This document shows positions 39,155-50,349 of a stretch of 64,000 nt of DNA, piece by piece. Location: NCBI GenBank assembly GCA_002104905.1, contig MCFE01000013.1, positions 186,001 to 250,000 of the forward strand, read 5' to 3'. This DNA comes from Basidiobolus meristosporus CBS 931.73. Lineage: Eukaryota > Fungi > Basidiobolomycota. The notes beneath the pieces are model-generated. The model saw nothing but the letters and a program-made list of their open reading frames with translations, made no database searches and was not told the origin of the DNA. The number at the start of each line of letters is the position of its first letter. The stretch's first letter is position 1. Made by a program: the position numbers and the translations under genes.

Positions 39155-40591
39155 TGTTATGATCTGCTGCTTGAATGTTTAAGTTAGATCAACTTTTAGT
39201 CAAATCAATTAGTATATGTTTAGGTTATCAGTATATCAGTATTATCTATGAAATCAGTAGCATTAGTTAGCAAATGAATCAGCATATCCTTATCAGACAG
39301 AAATAGATATATTAAGTAGGATCCTATTGGGTGATGATGATGTAATCAAATGAGTCATCAGCCACACCTACATTAGGAAATACAATTAGTCAGCAATTGA
39401 TCTGGCAAAATGTACATAAGGAGCTGCTGGAACCTCAATAAAGATCAGTTCAAGTTTTAGTGAAATCAACACTAGCTAAACTCCCCATTCCTCTACAACT
39501 CTTATACCAAGACTTGTAACATTGGTAGCAGCAATAACCAGAAACCTCCCTCCTGCAGAAAGAAGAAGCCTCCCTCAAGATGTTGGAAAATCAAGAATGG
39601 AAGAATGCTATGCAGCAAATCCTGGTCCAGCAGCAACAGTTACTCCAGATCCTGAGCCAGCAGCAACAAGGAATGACTAACATGGCCCAAAGCTAGCAAA
39701 ACCCTGTCAAGAACAACTTTAGTGTGAAGGTCAACCAGTACCATGGCAGAGTCAATGAAAACCTGGGAACTTGGCTCTTTCAGATTGAAGAAGCTTTTAA
39801 AGCTAAAGGAATTGCTCCAGAAAGCAAGTTGCATTATGTAGCTTCTTACCTGGCAGATGCAGCTTTACAGTGGTACCACAACAAGATCAGGTCAGCAACA
39901 ATGATGGGATGCTCTACAATCTCTTATTGGGATGAGATTGTGTTGGAAATTCAGGATGCTTTTGAAACCTCCACACCAGCAGACACTACTAAGAAGGAAG
40001 TTAAAGACACTTAGACAGAAAGGAATGGTTCAAGGATACATCTATGAATATAGATGTCTACTTGGACAAATTGAAAGAATGGACCCCCTGGATCAAGTTG
40101 AATACTTTATTGATGGGTTGAAAGAAAGAACTTGCAAGGAAGTGAATTACCAAAGACCTCAGACTATTGAAGAAGCCATCAAGATTGCCATTGACTATGC
40201 CTCAGCTACGTTTGGAGTCAGGAAGCCCACAATGACTAATCAGAGAGGCTACAATCACTATGAAAGAAGACAATCAGAAGCAGTGCCAATGGAAATAGAT
40301 GCTATGCCAAAGAATCCTATCTCAGAAGAATGTAAGCAGAAAGGACTTTGCTTCAATTGCCACCAGCAAGGACATATTGCAAAGTACTGCCCCCAGAGAA
40401 GAAATGGACACCAGCCAACAAGAACCTTCAACCATAATAAGTCCCATGATCACAGTTATGTGGAGGATGAGCTTGAAGAAGACTTGGAACTTACCTTCCA
40501 TATGACAGAAGAGTACTTGTCCCAAATGACCTCAAACTCAGGGAAGTTATTGTATTTAAATGGAGTAATCAATGGAGTACCTGCCAAAATC

Positions 40592-41031
40592 TGTTGTAAA
40601 AATTTGTATTTCCACCTAAATACTCACCTAACTTGGTCACTTAGATCATTACCTTCAAATCCTAGAGAATACTGACCAAATTCCTTGTCGGGATTTACTT
40701 AGAATATTTTCACCAAAATACCAGGTACCCAGAACATGATAATTCTCAAAGTTGTCCAAACAGCCCCAAACTTTGCACACATGTTCTTGGGACCTTCCTT
40801 AGCCTATTCCTTGTGTTTGTAATGCCAAGACCAGGTAAAAGTATAAATACTACTTTTACATTCAATAAATCATTAAGTGAAAACCGCATAATCTACTTGT
40901 TCTCCCAATCACTTCCAATATCTCCAAGACTCTTACAACAGGTTATGAGCCCAAAGCTGTCACTCTCTGCAATGTCTACTACTGCTATTACTGGAATTTT
41001 TCCCTCTGCTGAAAAGTTGGATGGTTCTAAC
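40592..41031 (+). mobile_element. Copia LTR (40592-40940) + PBS + ~20 codons of gag, inside the Gypsy A protease
   Basis: Complete LTR followed by GGTTATGAGCCC; Gypsy protease resumes as GASHEYMSEQFA; no TSD. Confidence 0.92.
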
Positions 41032-41057
41032 TAGGAGCATCACATGAATACATGTCA

Positions 41058-41431
41058 GAACAATTTGCCTTGAAAGCTGGAATCAACTTGGAACCTACCA
41101 AATCAACTTTAGTCTCCACAGCTGATGGGAACTCTCACATAATCAACCGTATTACCCAGCCAGTAAGAATGAAGATCAATGACTATGAAGAAGACCTACA
41201 GGCTTATATATTTGGGAACTGCAAGTTTGACCTTGTACTTGGGAGAGCAATTTGCTTTGAAAGCTGGAATCAACTCAGAACCCACCAAATCAACTTCAGT
41301 CTCAACAGCTGATGGGAACTCTCACATAATCAATCATTTTACTCAGCCAGTAAGGATGATGATCAGTGAGTATGAAGAAGCTCTACTGGCCTATATATTT
41401 GGGAATGCAAGTTTGACCTTGTACTTGGGAA
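41058..41431 (+). repeat. 187-bp tandem duplication within the Gypsy protease region
   Basis: Two diverged units starting ~41058 and ~41245 (EQFALKAGIN..). Confidence 0.88.
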
Positions 41432-44400
41432 AACCTGGCTATTTTGTTGGAATTCATCAATCAACTGGAGAACCCATGCTACTCAGATCCAAAAGGACAA
41501 CAAGACCTATGAGCTATTACCTGCCAGGCTGGATTTCATCTTGGTCAATTCCAGTATGTGTGAGACAAGTGCACTTAGCAAGACCAAGTTCTGTAGAGCA
41601 CTTAGAAAAGGTACCCAGATGTTCCTTATGGCTGTATTATAGGAGTATTCCTCTTCCTCAGCACCCCAGCAGGTTCAGACTCTCTTGAAGAAATATTCAG
41701 ACGTGTTTGCAGATCAGCTTGTAAGCCTACCACCAGTCAGAGATGTGGATCATGCCATTGACACAGGAGATAGCTCTCCAGTGAGCAAGACACCTTACAA
41801 AATGAGTCCGTTGGAATTGGAGGAAATGAAGACACAAATTGATCAGCTATTGGAGCAAGGATATATCAGACCCAGCAAGTCACCTTGGGGAGCACCAGTA
41901 CTTTTGGTGAAGAATAAGGATGGAACACTTAGGATGTGCATTGACTACACAGCCCTCAACTCAGCCACTGTGAAGAATAAGTAACCATACCTCAGATTGA
42001 TGAGCTTTTAGACCAATTCAATGGAGCCACTATTTTTAGTAAGATTGACCTCATGTCAGGATACAACTAGATTAGGGTGAAGCCAGAAGACATCCCTAAG
42101 ACAGCATTAAGGACCAGATATGGACATTATGAATACTTAGTCATGAGCTTTGGCCTCACCAATGCCCCTGCAACATTCATGACCCTGATGCAGACTGTCT
42201 TCCAGGAGTACTTTGACAAGTTTGTCATAATCTACCTAGATGATATACTGATATACAGGAAGATAGAAGAGGATCACTTGGTGCAAATTGAAAAGGTCTT
42301 GAAGAAGCTAAGAGTAAACAAGCTTTATGGCAAGCTACCCAAGTGTGAATTCTTCAAGGAACACATTGAATACCTGGGACACATGGTAACTAGCAAAGGA
42401 GTGACCTTAGACCCTAAGAAGGTTGAAGTTATCAAGATTTTGAAGCAGCCCCATAGCATATCAGAACTCAGATCATTCCTTGGAATGGTTTCCTATTATT
42501 GGAGATTTGTCAGGTCCTTTGCAGGTATTGCAGCCCCTTTAACTGATATCCTCAAGAAAGACAACACCTATAAGTGGGACATAGCTTGTGAGACTGCCTT
42601 TCAGACGCTCAAGAATGAACTTGCTAAACTACCAAGCTTAAGAATACCTGACTTCAGAAAAGAGCTTACTCTGTGCACAGATGCTTCAGATTATGCCATT
42701 GGTGGAGTGTTGAGTCAAGAACACAAGGGAAAGGACTACCCTTTTGCCTTTGAATCCAAGAAACTGAACTCAGCAGAACAAAACTATCCAGTCCATGAGA
42801 AGGAGATGTTTGCTATACTACACTGTTTGAAGACATGGAGATGCTATATTAAAGGAGTCAAATGCACTGTGAAGACTGATCATGCCTTCCTCAAGTATAT
42901 ATTTACTCTGAAGGTACCGTCTAGAAGAATGACAAGATGGAGTGAATACATTCAGCAATTTGACTTGGATATTGTCTACTGCCCTGGAAAAAACAACACG
43001 GTTGCTGATGCCTTATCAAGATTAGATCAAGTTGCACAACTCAACTTGGTGCATAAATCAGATTGGCCTAGCCTATTACCAAAGTACTTGGAGCACCAAG
43101 CCATTCCCAATGAGGTGGATGAACATATCAAAAAGATAATCCAGGATGAAGCCAGCAAATTTGTAGTACAGGATGTAACACTCTACCAAGTTGTTGATGG
43201 AAGCCCTATTGCCTATTGCCCTTATGTTTCTCACCTGGATTTAATACATAAGCTACACAATGGATATGGACATCTTGGGATTGAAGGAACCTGTAGTCTT
43301 GTGAAATCCAGAGCATGGTGGCCCAGAATGAAACAAGACATTGAGAAGCTAGTGAAAGCATGCCCAAATTGCCAAATCAACAAAGGCCAACCACAGAGAA
43401 TTGCCAAACTCTTTCCCTTGGAGCCTGTAAGACCATTTGAAAGATGGGGAATTGACTTTATTGAAACACTGCCTACCACCAGGATATACAACTGTTGGAT
43501 CCTAGTAGCAATTGACCATGCCACAAAATGGCCAGTGGCTAAAGCTGTACCTATAGCCAGTGAACAAGAAGTTGCAAGTTTCATCTACCATGATATCCTT
43601 ATGAAGCTTGGATGCTCTGTAGAGATTATATCTGATAGAGGTGCAATCTTTATGGCAAAGACATTGGAGGCTTAACTGGAAATGCAGCAGATTTGACACT
43701 TGAAAACCTTTGCATATCACCCCAGAACTAATGGAGTCACTGAGCGGTTTAATGGATTATTTGGAAAAATGCTGACCAAGTATGCAAATATAATTGTCAG
43801 TAGATGGGATGAGTATATAGACCAAGCACTCTTAGCATGCAGAGTCAGAGTACACAACACCACCCAGCAATCACCATTTTACTTAGTGTATGGATGTGAA
43901 CTAAGGATTCCAGGAGATTTCACACAACCAAAGCATACAGACACCTTAGAAGATGAACTTAGTCAGCCAAGTAGACACCAGCAACTGCAGCAAAGACATC
44001 AAGAGGCACAGACCAAAGTATCCTAAAGTGCAGAAAAGATGAAGCAGAGATTTAATAAGACTATAGCACCAGAAGCATTGACAGTTGGGAACTTTGTATT
44101 ACTAAGAAACAACACTTGGAAGAAGTCTGAGTCATAATGGACAGGACCATTCATGATCATCAGAGAATGTCCATTTGCAACTTACCAACTAGTGGACAAA
44201 CAAGGCAATATCTGGGAAGACTTAGTGCATAGGGACAGACTCAAACTTGCAAGACTTGCTGATAATACCTAACCATCAAGATATTGGTACCACAAGAAAA
44301 GAGATTCAGGAGAACCCTCTCAACTTTAGTAGAGGAGAATGTTATGATCTGCCGCTTGAATGTTTAAGTTAGATCAGTTTTCAGTCAAATCAATTAGTAT

Positions 44401-44706
44401 ATATTTAGGTTATCAGTATATCAGTATTATCTATGAAATCAGTAGCATTAGTCAGCAAATGAATCAGCAGATCCTTATCAAACAGAAATAGATATATTAA
44501 GTAGGATCTTATTGGGTGATGATGATGCAATCAAATGAGTCATCAGCCACACCTACATTAGGAAATACAATTAGTCAGCAATTGATCTGGCAAAATGTAC
44601 ATAAGGAGCTGCTGGAACCTCAATAAAGATCAGTTCAAGTTTTAGTGAATACAATACTAGCTAAACTCCCTATTCCTCTACAACTCTTATACCAAGAGTT
44701 CTAACA

Positions 44707-45170
44707 CTATGTTGGCATCAACCTGGTCTTATATGAAATATATATCAAAACTAATGTGAATATTGAACTTTCCATATATTATGCATGATGCATCTTGGAC
44801 TGCATTGTAATGGATAAGATCATATTAATTGCAGATTTCCTATTTGATTATAGAGTTATAAGTAAGCCACCAATAAAGTCACTAAGCCATTGTTTGAGGA
44901 TGCTTTTGCAACAAAATGATGGGATACATGGCAAATGATGTAGATTTAATCATAAAGCATGAAAATCAGATAAATTAAGCTGATTGCACCAAATTGATTC
45001 ATATCACTGCTATTCAATCAAATACCAACTTTAATATGACTTACCCGTCTGAGTGGTCTTTTATCATCAATCCCATCACCACCACTGGATTTCCTTTTGA
45101 CACATCTGAAGAGACCTATATCAAGTACTATGGACCAGCTACCTTGACATACTCAAGGAGATCTGTGGTA
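44707..45170 (+). mobile_element. PHIS (Pangu-like) fragment, transposase 5' part
   Basis: Homologous to ~15455-15910 and to the reverse complement of ~49865-50320. Confidence 0.8.
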
Positions 45171-48100
45171 ATAGAAAGCATTCTACTACTATAATATCTC
45201 AAAATCAATATTGCACTCATTTCTTTATTTTTGCTATTGTAACACACAAGTGAAAAATCAAAAAATTCCAGCTTTGAAGAACAAATACCCCGGACCCTGA
45301 CAAGCAATCCACCCAAGAATATTATGTCATATAGAGCAAGCAGTAGCCAACACATGTTTCAGATTACAGCTCATTTGAAGCAGTACTTCAGGAGTTATGA
45401 CCAAAAGAGTCCAATTATTATATATACTAGGCCTCTATTGCTAGGATTACTCTAGTGACTTTGATTGCATGTAACTTTTGAATCAGCCAATAAATCATGT
45501 GAAGTTTCTACAGGTGCTCCGCCTATGTCTGATCTGTGCCACTGCAAAATTTGGCTTCATATCATGTGTATTGCTTGCGCAATTGCTCAAACACTTTGAT
45601 CCTTCATAAATTGCATGTATATGACTTCCCCAGCTGAAAAATAAGGAGAGCCAGCAATGACAAGTTTAAAGGTCATAAGACCTCTCCTGAATCACTTGTA
45701 TTGTTGAGTATTCTGACTTTGATTGGTACTACAGCAGTAAAGAGACTGCAAATCTCACAAGAATTCACTCTAAGTTCTACAAGAGCACTATCACTTTTCT
45801 GTCAGAAAAGTCCCCTTTAGAGACCCCTTTAAGAAGCCCTATTACTCTAAAGAAGCCCCTTTAGGCACCTCTTTAGTGTATAGTCCACTTTAGAGACCAC
45901 TGCAAGAAGCCCCTTTACTTTAAAGTCACCCCTTTAGACACCCCATTAGGTCTAAAGACCCCCCCGGTCAGAGACCATCACAACAACAGCAGCTTGGAAT
46001 TAGTGACCCTCCTGACAATCTTATAACAAGATCATGATGGTGTTTTGCAAATTTTACAGCTAAAGGGATAAAACTTGACAACTTTTGATTGGTGCTCTGA
46101 CAATATTTGCATGTTATTGTTGCGGTCTTTCAGTGCTCTATTGCTATTCTAAGTGGATCCAGTTGGCCAGGACTTCCAATTGCCTTATATGGCAAGAAAC
46201 TTGACGGTATTTTGATGGCCTCACAGCAAGACTCTGATGGCTTTTTCTTGGCAGTATGATGGCCTGCTGCTGGTTCTGTATAATGCTACCATACCAATTT
46301 ACCAAATGGTTTTCCCTTTTCTACCTCCCCTTGTGCAATTCATATATTCCACTGTAGAATCACCTTTCTTTATTTGCTTACCCACTACTACCTTGGGTAT
46401 TCCACATGTAGTTTGAATCAAAAAAAAATATGGCCTCCTGCTTACTAACCTCTACAAACGCGCACACCTGCCACAATTGACATACTTCTATCACCTCAAC
46501 TTTACGGCTTTTTAGTGTGATACATGCAAAGTTGCCATATACCTTGTACTGCTGGTAGCATATACATCTTGCAAACATATGATTGGTTGTTGCCACTTCT
46601 GCCATGAATACATCCTGAATTTTGGCAAAGAACTTCTTGGTATTTAGCCAATATATTCCTTCTCCCTGCTGGATTCTAGTCCCCCTTATAGGTGCGCTCT
46701 GACTTTTGTTTGTGTGAATTCCGTATTGAATGGTGTAGAAGTTGGCTTGTGACCACAAGAAATCCGGCATATCTTGATGGAGTTTTCCTGATAAAAATTA
46801 GTTGCTTGTTGCACCCAACCCAACTTTGCATTACTTAACTGATTACCCATGCATTGGGGCTGCTTAGCTTCTTAATGCCATAGGCATAGGTGTCTCCATG
46901 AGCACATTTGTCCTCAGTATTTTCCAACTCTTTCTGGCTGTCCTCCATGTGCCAACTCATCACATTGATGATGGACTTGAAGGTAATATTCTTGATGAGA
47001 TTGGGATATGGTAGTACCTGCAACTTGACTTGTCTTCCTATCTCCCCACACATCTGCTCCATAGGAAACTCCCAAAAGGTGAAGCAAGGTCCATTATCTT
47101 CCACACACAGTGCAAGATGGAGTAGAGAATGGATACAGTAGCGGCAGAGATCTACATGTTCAGCTTTATGTTTGTAGTATAGCCACTCAAATCCCATCAC
47201 AAACTCCTCACACAACAGCTGTAGATGCGTCAAGTTGGCACTGGTGATCTGCTTCTGGATAAATATTCCTACAATGTCCATATATGACTCCCAATGCTTC
47301 CAATGTACTCTTGGTAAAAATGGCTTCAGAACACCACTTGAATAAATACATATCCAGTCCATCCAGTCTTTGCATTTGTATTGTTGCATATGCGTATGAA
47401 TATTAATTGGAGCCTGTGAGAAGTACTTAGGGTAGCAGATACTCTGCAATATCTTGCCAATTTTTTCAAATTTCTCCAGTATCTCAAAGGGCTCATTTAG
47501 CTTGAAATGCCCCATGTACAACTTGGTCATCAATATAGGGATATTATTGAAAAGCAAATGCATTGCTCCCAGTGGAACGCTTTTGCTCCAACGGATACCC
47601 TCTATCTTAAGTATCTCTGGTTTCCAATTGATTCCTTATTCTGGCCAATGGCTTATAGCTTGCCAACTTTGCTGCAATTGCATGCTTACTTCTGTTTGTT
47701 CTCTCTGTGGAAAGATGATGTTCTTAGTGCTGGTGTTTGGGTAATAATAATGTGTGTGAGTTATGGAGTAATTCTACTGGATCTCACACATTTGACAGCA
47801 ATACTGTCCATTGTGCCTGGAAAAACCTGCTATCTTGCTGATGGCTGGGGTATCTCCAATGCAGATAATAATATGCGCTTTTACATGATGGCCATTCATT
47901 GTTATCCCGCTGGAAAGCATACAAAATTCATTCAGCAATGGATACAGGTAGCTATCCAGGTTTGATGGTGATTTAGACCAAGATACCAGTGAGACTACCA
48001 TCAGATTATTGCTCTGATGCTGTAAGATGGGCAGCAGATTCAGATTGATGAGAATTAGTGGCCAGCAGGATTTGCTGGTAGAGTACTTGTTTAGTGAGAA

Positions 48101-48375
48101 TCCATCAAGTGCTAAAGCAAAGGCATGGTCATACATACCTTCAAAGTAGCCCTTGTTTCTGAGCTGTTTGTAATGTTTGCCATCAAATAAATTAGACTTG
48201 TTCCATTGGATAGTGCCACATAGTGCCAGCCTGTTTATGGTGCCAGATCAATCTGGCACTCTACAGCACTATCTGGCACAATAATATATACCATGATGCC
48301 AGTGGTATGGTACAGTTACTGGTAATTTTACTCAATCTTACTATGTTGCTCAGAATAGTGCTGTCCTTGCTTTAT

Positions 48376-49990
48376 TTACTCTTCATAATGCTCCAGACAC
48401 ATATCTCTCAGTGGATGTTTTCTTGTATGAACATACTGTGCATAAATAAGTAGACTTGTTCCATTGGATAGTGCCACATTGAGCCATGAGTGCCAAATGA
48501 TGCCATAGTGTGCCAGGGAGGCCAAATGAACCTATACTTAGCCACAGAGTGTGAAACATAGCTATGCATCTTCATGCAAAGCAGCCCCTGTGTTTCACCT
48601 ATGACACAGGAGAAAATCCATTTTTTGACCTTTTTTTTTGGTCAATGTTGTGCAGGATGTGTAAGAGCACCAAAGAACTGAAGACATGCATCAGGTACTC
48701 AATACCTATGGCACTCTGAATCTAGCCCATGTGGCTTGTAATATATCACAAATATGCATGGCACTATCTTAGTCCACTGGTACTATCTGGCACTATATTT
48801 GATTATTAGCCCTAAAGTAAGATCTATACAAAGCACTTATAGTGCCAGATAGTACCAGTGGACTAAGATAGTGCCATGCATATTTGTGATATATTACAAG
48901 CCACATGGGCTAGATTCAGAGTGCCATAGGTATTGAGTACCTGATGCATGTCTTCAGTTCTTTGGTGCTCTTACACATCCTGCACAACATTGACCAAAAA
49001 AAAAGGTCAAAAAATGGATTTTCTACAACACTATGGGTGAAACAGAGGGGCTGATTTGCATGAAGATGCAGAGATATGTTTACACTTTGTGGCCAAGTAT
49101 ATGTTTATTTGGCCTCCCTGGCACACTATGGTATCATTTGGTGCTCATGGCTCAATGTGGCACAATCTAATGGAACAAGTCTAGTATCTTAACTATTTTA
49201 CCTATTCTGCTGTTTTCTCCTATATATGACTTTCCTCTGTATTTACCTGCCAATATGCTGGATCTCTTCAGATATCCAAATGTGTGCTCTACCCTCACTC
49301 TGAAATGATTAAATATCTCATTGTAGAGCTTCTGCTTCCTGCTAAGCACGCCATTCCTTGGCTTCCTATAAGCTGTAATACATCCTAATTTCTGACAATC
49401 CTCTCCTATAGGCTAAGTCTGCCCTACATTTCTCCCCTTTACTGAATTCAGGATGATTCTCTACCCAGAGTGCTTTGTCAAGCCTAATTCCCGCAAATGG
49501 CCCACTAAGTTATGATGTTACCCTCAATGTCAGACAGTACTTGAAACTTCACACAGTGTGCCTTGTACTTGCCAGAATAAAAGTGCCTCTGCCCTCTAGA
49601 AGGTCTGTTAATCCTCACTGGGAAGGTATCCAATATACTGCTGATATGGAACCTGTTGCTGAACACTCTGGGATATGGAAGTCTATTAGAGCTTCTGAAC
49701 CTAGTATTCCAAGCTTGCTCTAAGTCATTCATACCCGCTGCAAAGTGGTTTGCCATTGCTGTCAGCTGGGAATGAAAGCTTCTAGGACTTTTGTTGCCAT
49801 GGATGGTGGGATGAAATCTTGTAGGGCAATAGTTCTTGTAATAGCAGAGAAGCTTAACAAGGGATCTCCTTGAGTAGATTTGGGTTGATGGTCCACAGTA
49901 CTTGGAATAGGTCTCCTGTAGTGTGCCAAAAGGAAATCCAGTGGTAGTGATGGGATTGATGAGAAAAGAGCATTCAGATGAGTAAGTCAT
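48376..49990 (-). pseudogene. DDE_Tnp_4 (Harbinger/IS5-like) transposase, interrupted by a MITE; may extend to ~50240
   Basis: ILDTFPVRINRP..QRHFYSGKYKAHCVKFQ, ADL, YNEIFNHFRVRVEHTFGYLK supply the D, D and E motifs. Confidence 0.9.
48452..49182. mobile_element. Fold-back MITE (731 bp)
   Basis: AGACTTGTTCC..GGAACAAGTCT termini, perfect TSD AGT/AGT, whole element palindromic around a 40-bp spacer. Confidence 0.95.
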
Positions 49991-50349
49991 ATTAAAATTG
50001 GTGGATGATTGTATGGAGGCGGTTTGAATTGATTCGGTGCCATCTGCGTTATTTATCTGATTTTTAATACATTATGGTTAAATCTCCATCAATTGCCAGG
50101 TATCCCATCATTATGTTGCAAAAATCATCCGCAAACAATGCCTTGGTACTTTTATTGATGCTTTAATCATAGGTCTATAATCAAATAGGAAATCTGCAAT
50201 TGATGTGATCTGATCCGTGTCAACGTGATCTGAGATGCATCATGCATAATATATGGAAAATTCAACAATCACATTAGTTTTCATATATATTTCATATAAG
50301 ACCAGTTTGATGCCAATGTACTGCTGTATAAGTATCCAAATCCGTTGTT

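Larger units (their letters stand above)
39580..44272 (+). pseudogene. gag-pol: Gypsy gag-pol
   Basis: Retrotransposon Gag (WLFQIEEAF..ALQWY), CCHC knuckle CFNCHQQGHIAKYC, PR, RT (YLDDILIY), RH (TDASDYAIGG), IN (HLG..CPNCQ, WGIDF, GPF-type tail); order PR-RT-RH-IN. Confidence 0.95.
39155..44706 (+). mobile_element. Ty3/Gypsy family A, two-LTR element (pseudogenised, no TSD)
   Basis: 367-bp LTRs at 39155-39521 and 44340-44706 (~95% identical), PBS TGGTAGC at 39523, PPT AGAGGAGAA at 44331-44339. Confidence 0.95.

Noticed and set aside
44030-44339. Chromodomain at the end of the Gypsy A integrase
   Set aside because: The frame ends shortly after the GPF-type motif and I see no chromodomain signature before the PPT.
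45820-45965. CCCTTTAG cluster as a telomeric repeat or CRISPR-like array
   Set aside because: It does not match CCCTAA/CCCTAAA, the spacing is irregular and short, and no cas genes are present in this eukaryotic TE context.
48452-49182. MITE as a Tc1/mariner-type element with a TA TSD
   Set aside because: Comparison with the empty site at ~57000 gives a 3-bp AGT duplication with AGAC..GTCT termini.
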